Part shown: in pieces, positions 9,984 to 19,336 of the stretch | How the letters are laid out: each line of letters starts with the position of its first letter | Position numbering within the stretch: the first letter of the stretch is position 1 | From: an uncultured virus (IMG/VR IMGVR_UViG_3300032307_000957) | Lineage: Duplodnaviria; Heunggongvirae; Uroviricota; Caudoviricetes | Length of the DNA stretch: 64,000 nucleotides | IMG/VR virus record: IMGVR_UViG_3300032307_000957 | Direction: 5' to 3' (one strand) | The notes under the pieces: generated by a model | Seen by the model: the letters and a program-made list of their open reading frames with translations, nothing else | Told to the model about the DNA's origin: nothing | The model's database searches: none | Made by a program: the position numbers and the translations under genes

Positions 9984-10711
9984 TATCCAAATCTAGATCT
10001 TTCTTCAAGATCTTTTTCTAAATCCGCAAGATCAATTCCAATAGGATCGATCTTATTTCTTGAAAGATTATAATGGCAACATAAGCCGTTATAATCTTTT
10101 GGTTTTTTAAGAACCGTTGTTAAAAACTCACCCTTTTCATTGCGAGGAAACTTCATTGGTAAATCCGGAAACAATCTGCAATAACCCCAAATCAAAGCTT
10201 TAAGCGAGTTCATTTGAGCTTCCGTTGGAAGATGCACCTTCATCTTAACCCCATGCACAACAGCCTCTGTGCTTTTATGTTCCGGAACTCTCCATTTCTT
10301 TCGGTCATGCTCATCATACCAATCTTCCTGTCCGGCTAAGGGTTGGTACGCTATTTCAATTCCTGAACCCAATATATTCAATCCTGGTCCTTGGCTGTAA
10401 CCCGCATGCTCAATTGGTAGGGCTTGATATATGGTAGCTCTGTTGTCTGGATTGCAATCATCATCTATGTAGAAGTTGGCTGAAAGACCTCTAGCAATTA
10501 ATCCATCATGCATATTTTTGGCTTTGTATGTAGCTGACCAATGCAAAGTTAATTGTTTTATATTTTTTTGCAATTCTTCAAAGTTTTTAACTTTATGTTT
10601 CATGAAGTTTTTTGGATGCTTTTCAAAGCTTAAACCACCTGGCTCATCCCATTTTATAACTTTGCAGCCGATATCAAAACTTTTATCCATTGCATATATT
10701 TTTGTATTCAT
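9980..10711 (-). CDS. N-acetylmuramoyl-L-alanine amidase (Amidase_2-like)
   Basis: LTLHWSAT, SANFYID, GIEI, TEAQ..SL, HYNL..KIDP. Confidence 0.75.
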   Translation of the reverse strand: MNTKIYAMDKSFDIGCKVIKWDEPGGLSFEKHPKNFMKHKVKNFEELQKNIKQLTLHWSATYKAKNMHDGLIARGLSANFYIDDDCNPDNRATIYQALPIEHAGYSQGPGLNILGSGIEIAYQPLAGQEDWYDEHDRKKWRVPEHKSTEAVVHGVKMKVHLPTEAQMNSLKALIWGYCRLFPDLPMKFPRNEKGEFLTTVLKKPKDYNGLCCHYNLSRNKIDPIGIDLADLEKDLEERSRFGY

Positions 10712-11457
10712 ATTGTTTTGTCTTTTTTTGAAAAATTTTCAGTAGCTTCTAACGGTCTTAAATTTTCTAAGGACCAACATTTTTTAAAATTATCATCATT
10801 GTAACTTGTAAAGACAAGCTTACTTTGTGGAATGATATGATCTATATTCCACTTTTTTTCTCCACCAATCTTATAAACGCCATAATTATCCCAATTCATC
10901 CAAGGTTCAAATTGTTTTTCTAAATGTTCCTTAAGTTGTAGAACCGTATATGGTAAATTTTTAAAAGAAGATTCTGATTTTTTTAACTTTTGCCTATTAA
11001 AAGCTTTGTATATAGACTTTCTTATATTTTCTTTTAATTTAAAGAATATATTTTCTTTTCTTAACTTTTTTCTTTTTTCATTTCTTGCTTTTTTAAATTC
11101 ATCAGAAGATCTATGATTTTTAGCATAAGCCAACCTTTCTTCACGGTTTTTTAAATAATTATTTTTTTGATAATCTGGATTTTTCAACCTTCTTTCTTTA
11201 CTTTTTAAATCAATAATCTCTTTATTTTTTTCATAATATTCTTTTTTTCTATTTTTAACTTTTTCTTGATTTTTTAAATTATATTCTTTTTGATATTTTT
11301 TTAACTTTTCACTTTTAGATAAATAAATTATTTTATCTCTTAACTTGCAACAGTCTATACATTCAGCTCGATACTTGCCAGTATTACTTCTAATATAGAA
11401 ATTATCTTTAGATAATTCTTTTCCAATTTTGCATTTATTGCAAATCTTTATAAGCAT
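10708..11457 (-). CDS. HNH homing endonuclease
   Basis: CNKC/CIDC zinc pairs, MNWDNYG, WNIDHIIP, NLRPL...NFSK; start reassigned to 11457. Confidence 0.85.
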   Translation of the reverse strand: MLIKICNKCKIGKELSKDNFYIRSNTGKYRAECIDCCKLRDKIIYLSKSEKLKKYQKEYNLKNQEKVKNRKKEYYEKNKEIIDLKSKERRLKNPDYQKNNYLKNREERLAYAKNHRSSDEFKKARNEKRKKLRKENIFFKLKENIRKSIYKAFNRQKLKKSESSFKNLPYTVLQLKEHLEKQFEPWMNWDNYGVYKIGGEKKWNIDHIIPQSKLVFTSYNDDNFKKCWSLENLRPLEATENFSKKDKTI

Positions 11458-11485
11458 ATTTTTATGAAATATTAGGCATAGAAGT

Positions 11486-12109
11486 ATGTCAAATCTATTT
11501 AAGCATCCAAAATATATAAAACCAGAAAATAAACAAATGAAGGTTGCAGATGCCGTTGAGCATTTCAAAAAGGCATATACAAAATTTATGGGGGTTGAGC
11601 CAACAAAGATTGCTCTTTGCATGATTGCCTCTCAATCGATTTTAGAGACAGGTTGGTTCAAAGCAGGACTGTACTGCTACAACTTCGGCAACACAAAATG
11701 CAACCCCAACAAACTTGAAGATGGAGAGTATTTCACAATGTTTCGTTGCTCCGAAGTTCTTAATGGAAAGGAAGTGTTCTTTGATCCTCCTCACTTTCAA
11801 ACAATCTTTCAAGCCTTCAAGTCACCAGAGGATGGGGCAAGGCATCATATTAAATTCTTGGCAACCAGAGAAAGATACAGGGAAGCTTGGTCAAAAATTA
11901 TAAATCATAAACCTGAAGAATATATTTTAGAACTAAGTAAAGCCGGATATTTCACGGCAAATTATAATTTATATAATAGGGTTTTCTTATCTATATATAA
12001 AAAACTGTTACCAACAATAGATCAACCGGATGAAATTTTCGATGAAAAAGAAGCAGAAAATAATTTACGTTTAGTTTCGGTTTCGATTAATAAAAACTTA
12101 AAAATCTAA
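11486..12109 (+). CDS. GH73/FlgJ-like glucosaminidase
   Basis: SQSILETGW, YNFGN.K, FQAFKS, AGYFTA. Confidence 0.75.
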   Translation: MSNLFKHPKYIKPENKQMKVADAVEHFKKAYTKFMGVEPTKIALCMIASQSILETGWFKAGLYCYNFGNTKCNPNKLEDGEYFTMFRCSEVLNGKEVFFDPPHFQTIFQAFKSPEDGARHHIKFLATRERYREAWSKIINHKPEEYILELSKAGYFTANYNLYNRVFLSIYKKLLPTIDQPDEIFDEKEAENNLRLVSVSINKNLKI

Positions 12110-12721
12110 AAAGTAATCTTTTTTAAACGAACAAGTTTCTCTTGGTGAACAATTATATATTGTACATATTTTAATGGCATCTTCTTTTGTTATACATCCA
12201 GGATTGAAAGTCATTGATGGAAACATGAAAGAAATATCATAAATATGATCTAACCCAATGAAATGACCAAGCTCATGAAGGGTTGTTTTATAAAGATCAG
12301 CAGTTTCATTTTTGAAGAAAACTATGTCTTGTTTTGATTTCGACCAATTATTATAAGCAACCCAATCATTTTTACCAATTAACATTTCTTTTGAAAAGTG
12401 ATACATATCTTTTCTATCAATGTTCCATATAAAATTGATTCCTTGATCATTTTTTATAATATATTTAAATTGACCTGGTTTATTTTGTTTTGTAAAAATA
12501 ACAAAAGACAATTTACCATTAGAAGAATATTCTATGGTTTTAATTGCTGCAACGATATATTGTTCTTGATATTCACTAAAGTCTTTATCTATATAAATAG
12601 ACAAAGGTGAAATAATTTTTGGTTTATTTAGTTGGTATGGTAATTTTACTTCTTTTTTATAGCAAGAATTTCCAAGGAGTAAAACGGTAATTATTATGAG
12701 AATCAACTTAAATAAGCTCAT
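12098..12721 (-). CDS. Matrixin-like zinc metallopeptidase, putative lipoprotein
   Basis: HELGHFIGLDH plus Met-turn SFMFP; signal peptide ending LGNSC. Confidence 0.8.
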   Translation of the reverse strand: MSLFKLILIIITVLLLGNSCYKKEVKLPYQLNKPKIISPLSIYIDKDFSEYQEQYIVAAIKTIEYSSNGKLSFVIFTKQNKPGQFKYIIKNDQGINFIWNIDRKDMYHFSKEMLIGKNDWVAYNNWSKSKQDIVFFKNETADLYKTTLHELGHFIGLDHIYDISFMFPSMTFNPGCITKEDAIKICTIYNCSPRETCSFKKDYFLDF

Positions 12722-12751
12722 AATAATATATCATGTTATTATCCGTAATAA

Positions 12752-13243
12752 TTATGTTATTATTTGTGACATTATTGAATTTCCTATATAATCATTTTCC
12801 TCTAAAATATTTATAATGGATAAATATTCTTCATATAAATATTTTTTTGTATTGGATAATTTTTTAATTATAGTGTATTTTTCTTTCCAAAAACTAAATA
12901 AGTATCTTATTTCTTCTTCAGTTAAGCTGTTATATATTTTGAAATAATAATCTTTATTTTTATATTTTATTTTTATTGATTTTTGCGGGTCAAAATCATA
13001 ATATGGGTAAGCTGGTTTAATAAAAATATTTGGATTAACATAATCTTCAAAACTTAAAAAACTTCTTTTAACGGGATTTTTTCCATTAATAAATTCAATA
13101 TTATCACAAAAACCAAAAAGACTTCCTTCATTATCTTCTTTTAATTTTGTTAAAATTGATTTTTTAATATCAATATCTTCATTTATTTCAACAAAAGAAA
13201 CTTTTGTTGTTTTTTGCGTCCATTTTTGGAAAAGTGCGTACAT
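12752..13243 (-). CDS. Hypothetical protein (tail variant MSQIIT)
   Basis: ORF in array. Confidence 0.65.
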   Translation of the reverse strand: MYALFQKWTQKTTKVSFVEINEDIDIKKSILTKLKEDNEGSLFGFCDNIEFINGKNPVKRSFLSFEDYVNPNIFIKPAYPYYDFDPQKSIKIKYKNKDYYFKIYNSLTEEEIRYLFSFWKEKYTIIKKLSNTKKYLYEEYLSIINILEENDYIGNSIMSQIIT

Positions 13244-13545
13244 TATATTATTTCCTTTAAGGTTTTTATTTCTTCTTTAGTTTTTTTTGAAATATCTTCA
13301 TTACATACTAATGAAAATATGTTTATTTTATTTATATTTTTTTTAATAAATTCTTCTGATAATTTTTGAGACAAAGAAATATTGATCCAATCAACTTTAT
13401 ATGAATATTTTTCTATAAATTCTTCTGATAGATTTTGGTAAGAAGAAATCCATCGCCAATCCCATTGGTCAAATAAATTAATATTATTTTCCAATTCTTT
13501 TTCCGAATATTTTTTACACATTAAATGCAAATTGTGCTTAGTCAT
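13243..13545 (-). CDS. Trp-repeat protein (KEII tail)
   Basis: Repeat motif; TLKEII. Confidence 0.85.
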   Translation of the reverse strand: MTKHNLHLMCKKYSEKELENNINLFDQWDWRWISSYQNLSEEFIEKYSYKVDWINISLSQKLSEEFIKKNINKINIFSLVCNEDISKKTKEEIKTLKEII

Positions 13546-14126
13546 ATAATTTCCTTTAAAGTTTCAATTTCTTTTTTAATTTTTTCTTTTAAATTTTCTG
13601 AAATATTTTTATTTTGCATTAAACAATCAATATTAATTTTATTAAAATATTTCATTATAAATTTTTCTGAAAGATTTTGATATCTAGAAATGAGATGCCA
13701 ATTAAGTTGATTGGAGTGTTTTTCTATAAACTTTTCTGATAATTTTTTATTACAAATAACAAAAGGAATATCCAATTTATTTAAATATTTTTCTATAAAT
13801 TTTTCAGATAAATTTTGATGCTTTGAAATCCAACCCCAATGAAGTTTATCTGAATGCTTCTCTATAAAATTTTCAGATAAATTTTGATATTGAGAAATAT
13901 AATACCAACTAATTTTATCTTGGTGTTTTTCAATAAATGATTCCGATAATTTTTGACTCCTTGAAATGTAGGCCCAATCAATTTTATCTAGATATTTCTC
14001 TATAAATGACTCTGATAATTTTTGATATGCAGAAATTAAAATCCAATCTTTTGAATCAAATAAATTAATATTTTTTTCTAATGTTTTCTCTGAATATTTT
14101 TTAGCAACCAGATCAATTTTATTCAT
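13542..14126 (-). CDS. Trp-repeat protein (KEII tail)
   Basis: About 6 repeats; TLKEII. Confidence 0.85.
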   Translation of the reverse strand: MNKIDLVAKKYSEKTLEKNINLFDSKDWILISAYQKLSESFIEKYLDKIDWAYISRSQKLSESFIEKHQDKISWYYISQYQNLSENFIEKHSDKLHWGWISKHQNLSEKFIEKYLNKLDIPFVICNKKLSEKFIEKHSNQLNWHLISRYQNLSEKFIMKYFNKINIDCLMQNKNISENLKEKIKKEIETLKEII

Positions 14127-14512
14127 ATAATTTCTTTCAATAAATCAATTTCTTTTTTAATTTCCTCAAAAAATGATCTTGAAATATATGGGTTATAGTT
14201 CATATTTTGAATTTCGATTTTTCTTATGTTTTTCTTTATAAAAGATTTTGATAAGTCTTGAGATTCGCTAATAATTTCCCAACAAACTACATCTGAATAT
14301 TTCTCTATAAATGATTCAGATAAAACCTGATAACCAGATATCGCATCCCAATCTAACTTATCTTGATATTTTTCCATGAATGATTCCGATAGGTCTTGAT
14401 AATAACAAATTTTCGACCAATCCTCTGTATTGAATAAATTAATACTTTTTTCAAGATCTTCTTCTTGATATTTTTTACTTTCTAAAAAGAAGTTATGTAT
14501 TATCATATTCAT
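14123..14512 (-). CDS. Trp-repeat protein (KEII tail)
   Basis: Repeat motif; LLKEII. Confidence 0.85.
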   Translation of the reverse strand: MNMIIHNFFLESKKYQEEDLEKSINLFNTEDWSKICYYQDLSESFMEKYQDKLDWDAISGYQVLSESFIEKYSDVVCWEIISESQDLSKSFIKKNIRKIEIQNMNYNPYISRSFFEEIKKEIDLLKEII

Positions 14513-14811
14513 ATAATTTCTTTCAATATTTTTATTTCTTGTTTAATTTCTTTTGAAATATATCGATTTGCCATTAAGCTTCTAATATCAATTTTATTTA
14601 TATTTTTTCTTATAAATTCTTCAGATAAACATTGATATTCGCTTATACAATCCCACCACAGTTCATCTGAATAATCCTCTATAATTTTTTCAGATAAATT
14701 TTGAAACCTAGAAACGCTAAACCAATCAAATTCATTAAATGACTTGATGTTTTCTATTAATTCTTTTTCAGAATAATTATTTACTCTTAAATCTAAACTG
14801 TGCTTTTTCAT
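14509..14811 (-). CDS. Trp-repeat protein (KEII tail)
   Basis: Repeat motif; ILKEII. Confidence 0.85.
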   Translation of the reverse strand: MKKHSLDLRVNNYSEKELIENIKSFNEFDWFSVSRFQNLSEKIIEDYSDELWWDCISEYQCLSEEFIRKNINKIDIRSLMANRYISKEIKQEIKILKEII

Positions 14812-15116
14812 ATAATTTCTTTCAATGACTGAATTGCATTTATTTGTTTCAAAATGGATTTTTCATCAATTTCATTATCAAAAAGAATTGGGTAAAGATT
14901 AAAATATAAGGGAAAACAATGCATTTCAATGTAAGTTTTGCGATTTAAATAATCATTGTATTTTATAATGTATTTATTTTTATTTTCTACTAAAAATAAT
15001 AGATTATCGCTCCAATCATTATCTACATTTAGATTTCCAACTGAATCAAATGAGTTTGATAATACCCAATACCGTTTACAAAAAATATTTTCACCAACTA
15101 AAATATAATCATCCAT
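14808..15116 (-). CDS. Hypothetical protein (KEII tail)
   Basis: Ends SLKEII. Confidence 0.7.
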   Translation of the reverse strand: MDDYILVGENIFCKRYWVLSNSFDSVGNLNVDNDWSDNLLFLVENKNKYIIKYNDYLNRKTYIEMHCFPLYFNLYPILFDNEIDEKSILKQINAIQSLKEII

Positions 15117-15973
15117 TATACTGCCACTGGAACCTTTATCTTTGGAAGTGGATTATATCCAGCAACAACAAAATCGTCAAGTGAATAAGAAAAAATATCT
15201 TTTGCTTGATTTAAAATCAGCTTTGGAGAATCTGGAGATTCGTTTCTTGATAAATATTCTTCCACGGCTTCCATTTGGTTCATATAAATATGAGCATTAT
15301 GAATGTTATGAATTAATTTATATGGTTTATATCCTGTTTGTTGACAAAGCATATAAATAAAAGCAGAGTAGAAAAATACGTTAGCAGATACACCGGGCAA
15401 CCAATCTCCAGATCTTTGAGTTAAAATGCCGGTCATTCTATCTTTGCTATCTATATTAATATAGAAGTTAAAGTGACAAGGTGGAAGAGCTACCTTATCT
15501 GAACAAACATCTTTTGCATTCCATAAATCCATCATGATTCTTCTGGAGTTTTTGTTTGTTTTTAATTCATTTACAATATAAGATACTTGATCAAATCCAC
15601 CTGGGTTTGTTTTTCTTAATAAATAATCTCCACCTTGGTGTCTCATTTGAAACCCATAAATTGGACCAAGTTCACCATCAGAGTATCCGTTTTTTTCCTC
15701 AAAGTCTTTATTTTTCCAAGCTGACCAAATCTTTGAACCCATAGCCTCAAGATCATTGACGTTTGTTGACCCAGAAAGCATCCACAATAATTCCGAAAAA
15801 ATAGATTTATATGCGTATTGTCTTTTTGTTGGCAAAGGAAAATATTCCGATATATCGTAAGAACATTGAACTCCAGTTAATGATCTGCATATGATTCCAG
15901 TTCTTGTTTGGTTATCGTCACCATTTGCAACAATTTCTTTTAAAGTTTCATCGTAATCATTTAATATATACAT
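15116..15973 (-). CDS. thyA: Thymidylate synthase
   Basis: RTG, ELLWMLSG, LGPIYGFQ, SRR, ALPPCH, QRSGD, AHIY motifs. Confidence 0.95.
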   Translation of the reverse strand: MYILNDYDETLKEIVANGDDNQTRTGIICRSLTGVQCSYDISEYFPLPTKRQYAYKSIFSELLWMLSGSTNVNDLEAMGSKIWSAWKNKDFEEKNGYSDGELGPIYGFQMRHQGGDYLLRKTNPGGFDQVSYIVNELKTNKNSRRIMMDLWNAKDVCSDKVALPPCHFNFYINIDSKDRMTGILTQRSGDWLPGVSANVFFYSAFIYMLCQQTGYKPYKLIHNIHNAHIYMNQMEAVEEYLSRNESPDSPKLILNQAKDIFSYSLDDFVVAGYNPLPKIKVPVAV

Positions 15974-16521
15974 TATAATATTATATCCTTCATTGAAATA
16001 TCGTCATCAGTTAATCCACAATATATTCTGTGAATATATAGTTTTCCATCAAAATCTTTTAAATGTGACCTTCTAAGTGGTGCGTATAAAGAACTTGTGT
16101 CGTAAAAATAATTTCTCATTTCTCCATTTTTACTTTTATGCTTATAATAAACAACATAAGATGTTGATTTGTTTTGATCAAAACTTGGAATGCCTTCCTT
16201 ATTATAAAGGCCACCTTCATTTACATAAAAATCAAAAGCATAACTTCCCCAAGGAACATTATTTGTACCACAAGCCGTACATTCATAAGTATCTCTTATT
16301 AACTCTAAATTGTTATTAGAAAGAAATTCTTGATACAATGGAGAATCGTTTCTTTTTGATCTAAGATAATATTTGTTATTATTTTTAATTAACCTATGTT
16401 CGTTGCATAATTTTACATTTTTTCTTAAAACAGTACATTCCTCGTAAGCTCTAGAATTTTTAACACCACATTTTGTACAAAAATTACATTTAACACCGTC
16501 AATTAACCAACTATGCTTCAT
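15973..16521 (-). CDS. Cys-rich hypothetical protein (tail MKDIIL)
   Basis: CxxC pairs; similar to 16562-16951. Confidence 0.7.
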   Translation of the reverse strand: MKHSWLIDGVKCNFCTKCGVKNSRAYEECTVLRKNVKLCNEHRLIKNNNKYYLRSKRNDSPLYQEFLSNNNLELIRDTYECTACGTNNVPWGSYAFDFYVNEGGLYNKEGIPSFDQNKSTSYVVYYKHKSKNGEMRNYFYDTSSLYAPLRRSHLKDFDGKLYIHRIYCGLTDDDISMKDIIL

Positions 16522-16561
16522 AAAAATATGATATAGTGGTACTTTACTCTCTCGACTAGAA

Positions 16562-16951
16562 TTACAATATAATATCTTTAATAGTGGCGTCGTCTTTTGA
16601 ATACATGCAGATTAAAGGGAATTTATCATCACTGTTAAATTTTGTTGTATAAAATCTATTTGTAACCCTATCTTCCTTTTGCTCTTTATAATAAACAAAA
16701 GGTATGTTATCAAGAGTATTCATTGTTTGTGTATTAAAAAATACACAATTACATTTTTTGCACTCAAAAGTATCTGGGCTAATATCGTGAAGATAATCTT
16801 CTATATTTTCTATTGATGAAATTTGTTTGTAGCTAAAATTAATAAAACAACCGTATCTTGTATTGCTGGGAGCGCTGCATTTTATGCAAAAATTATACCA
16901 AACACCATTATAATTAAAAACGTGTCCATTTTTTTCTTTATCTTTTTTCAT
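16562..16951 (-). CDS. Cys-rich hypothetical protein (tail IKDIIL)
   Basis: NFCxKC and xEC motifs shared with 15973-16521. Confidence 0.7.
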   Translation of the reverse strand: MKKDKEKNGHVFNYNGVWYNFCIKCSAPSNTRYGCFINFSYKQISSIENIEDYLHDISPDTFECKKCNCVFFNTQTMNTLDNIPFVYYKEQKEDRVTNRFYTTKFNSDDKFPLICMYSKDDATIKDIIL

Positions 16952-17223
16952 GAAATTATATCTTTTAAGCTTTTTATTTTATTAATTTCTTCTTGTAATT
17001 TTGAGAAGTCCGTTCCTAAAGGGAAATATTTAAATGTCATTGAAAATGAATTATAAAGTTTTTGAGAGCTGATTATATCTTCCTCTTCAATAAGAAATTG
17101 TTCATTTAAATTATAGGAAGGTATGAATTTTTCCGGAATATATCTTATAATATTAAAACCAGGATTATAAGCTATATGAATGTCATCTTTTGAATCGTAT
17201 GTTATTGCGTATATTTGTTTCAT
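16948..17223 (-). CDS. Hypothetical protein (tail LKDIIS)
   Basis: ORF in array. Confidence 0.7.
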   Translation of the reverse strand: MKQIYAITYDSKDDIHIAYNPGFNIIRYIPEKFIPSYNLNEQFLIEEEDIISSQKLYNSFSMTFKYFPLGTDFSKLQEEINKIKSLKDIIS

Positions 17224-17534
17224 ATAATTTCTTTTAAAGTTTCAATTTCTTTTTTTATTTTATATTTTAAATCTCCTGATAAGTTTTTGTTTCTCATTAA
17301 GCAATTTATATTTATTTTATTTATGTGTTTTCTTATGAATTCTTCAGATAAATTTTGATATTTAGAAATCCATTTCCAATATAATTTATCTGAATGTTTT
17401 TCTATGAAAGATTCAGATAATTTTTGCCAAAAAGAAATACAATACCAATCATCATTATTAAATAAATGACAATTATCTTTCAACTCTTTTTCAGAATATT
17501 TTATTATTCTTAAATCTAAATTATGTTTTTTCAT
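17220..17534 (-). CDS. Trp-repeat protein (KEII tail)
   Basis: Repeat motif. Confidence 0.85.
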   Translation of the reverse strand: MKKHNLDLRIIKYSEKELKDNCHLFNNDDWYCISFWQKLSESFIEKHSDKLYWKWISKYQNLSEEFIRKHINKININCLMRNKNLSGDLKYKIKKEIETLKEII

Positions 17535-17546
17535 ATAATTATTATT

Positions 17547-17834
17547 TTAAGTTATTATATCGTTTAAAGTTAAAAAGTTTTCTACTTCCGATTGTATATT
17601 ATTGAATTCATTTATTTTCAAGCAAAAAACTTTATTATGTTCGGTATGATAAATGAAGCCACTTGCAAAATTCATTAAAAATTCAACCTCATCATCTTCG
17701 CAAGTATAATGATATTTTATGTATTCAGGATCTAAAAATACATCACCATCAAAATGAATTCTATCCCAATTAGTACAAAGCAAAAGAGTTGAAAATATAT
17801 TATCACCTTTATATATAATAATGTTATCTTTCAT
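17547..17834 (-). CDS. Hypothetical protein (tail LNDIIT)
   Basis: ORF in array. Confidence 0.7.
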   Translation of the reverse strand: MKDNIIIYKGDNIFSTLLLCTNWDRIHFDGDVFLDPEYIKYHYTCEDDEVEFLMNFASGFIYHTEHNKVFCLKINEFNNIQSEVENFLTLNDIIT

Positions 17835-18130
17835 ATTATTTCTTTTAAAGTATTTATTTCGTTTTTAATTTCTTCGGAAATATTTTTATTGTAAATTAAA
17901 CATTTGAAATTAATTTTATTAATATGTTTTCTTATAAATGTTTCACTTAAATATTGAAAATAAGATATTTGATCCCAATCAACTTTATCTGAATATTTTT
18001 CTATAAAATTATCTGTCAAATATTGATAAGTAGAAATTTTTACCCAGTCCCAATCATCAAAGAAAATAATATTTTCTTCTATTTCTTTAATAGAATATCT
18101 ATTAATTACTAAATCTAAATTATGCTTCAT
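17831..18130 (-). CDS. Trp-repeat protein (KEII tail)
   Basis: Start set at MKHNLDL (ATGA overlap). Confidence 0.85.
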   Translation of the reverse strand: MKHNLDLVINRYSIKEIEENIIFFDDWDWVKISTYQYLTDNFIEKYSDKVDWDQISYFQYLSETFIRKHINKINFKCLIYNKNISEEIKNEINTLKEII

Positions 18131-18441
18131 ATAATTTCCATTAAACAAAATATTTCTTCAATTTCTTTTTTAAGATTTTCTAAATAATTTTGTGGTTCAT
18201 AATTAATATAAAAAATACCACCAATATCATTAAATAATATTTCATCTTCTTCAAATAAATAACCATATGGAAAGTTAATTTTTTCTGACATTTTAAATTC
18301 CATATTATAAAATAACGTCTTTAGACTGCTAAATTTGACGCTGAAATTCCCAATTGGACCTATATTTGATATAAATTGCAATTCGTAAAATGAATCATAA
18401 TGTTTATCCAAATAAATTATAAACTTTAAATTATTTCGCAT
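18127..18441 (-). CDS. Hypothetical protein (tail CLMEII)
   Basis: ORF in array; start uncertain. Confidence 0.65.
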   Translation of the reverse strand: MRNNLKFIIYLDKHYDSFYELQFISNIGPIGNFSVKFSSLKTLFYNMEFKMSEKINFPYGYLFEEDEILFNDIGGIFYINYEPQNYLENLKKEIEEIFCLMEII

Positions 18442-18707
18442 ATTAAATTCAATTCTTTTATTATATTCCAAACTTCTTTTGCGGTTGTAAATTCAATTGT
18501 TAAATAGCTGCATTCATCAATTTTGTATATCTTACCTATATTATAACCTACTGCCAAAGATTCTTTGCTATAAAACTTCACCCTATTATATTTAAGTAAA
18601 TTTTTAAACTCAGTAATGTTTTTTATTTGTTTAAAATCTGAAACGCCATACTTGTAACATACAATTTCCCAATAACCAAATTTATTCCTTAAACTCAAGA
18701 GTCTCAT
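18426..18707 (-). CDS. Hypothetical protein (tail LICEII)
   Basis: ORF in array. Confidence 0.7.
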   Translation of the reverse strand: MRLLSLRNKFGYWEIVCYKYGVSDFKQIKNITEFKNLLKYNRVKFYSKESLAVGYNIGKIYKIDECSYLTIEFTTAKEVWNIIKELNLICEII

Positions 18708-19336
18708 GATATGATTTCTTTTAATGTCCTTATTTTTTCAATATAATTCATTTCTCTTTTTATTTCTTTAAATAGTTTTTTTGTGTTTTTAATTGATTCG
18801 TCACATTCAAAATATATTGGAAATTTAATGGGATCAAAGGAGATAGAATAATCTACTTGCTCCTTCCAAGATGTATGATATTCATTTTTAAAAGAAAATC
18901 TAATATCACTATAGTTTTTATAAAAATTACTAAAAAACTCTTCTTCGTTCTCCCAATCTAAAATGCATGGATACTCTTTTCCGAATAAAGGGAAGGTATA
19001 AATATTTTCCTTGAAGTCATATATTAAAATAAAATATCTTTTCATATAATATCCTTTATTGTTTTTAATTTCTTCAAAAACGTAATCTATATCTTTTTCT
19101 TCTATTAAAAAATAATTATAATGATTTGGTAAGCTTTCTTTAATTTGTTCAAACTCATCTTTTGTCCAAAAATATATATTTTGTTTTTTAAATACTTTCT
19201 TTAAATCTTTTCTCCAAAATCCATCCATGACTTTATCATTAGCTCCCCACATACCATAATTATAATGAGCTTTAACTGACAAAATATAATCATATACAGT
19301 TTGCGTTCCATGTTCTGCCCAAAGTATATACTTCAT
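18704..19336 (-). CDS. Hypothetical protein, apparent frameshift fusion of two tailed genes
   Basis: Out-of-frame TIKDII-TGA/ATG junction at 19042-19066; ends LKEIIS. Confidence 0.65.
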   Translation of the reverse strand: MKYILWAEHGTQTVYDYILSVKAHYNYGMWGANDKVMDGFWRKDLKKVFKKQNIYFWTKDEFEQIKESLPNHYNYFLIEEKDIDYVFEEIKNNKGYYMKRYFILIYDFKENIYTFPLFGKEYPCILDWENEEEFFSNFYKNYSDIRFSFKNEYHTSWKEQVDYSISFDPIKFPIYFECDESIKNTKKLFKEIKREMNYIEKIRTLKEIIS

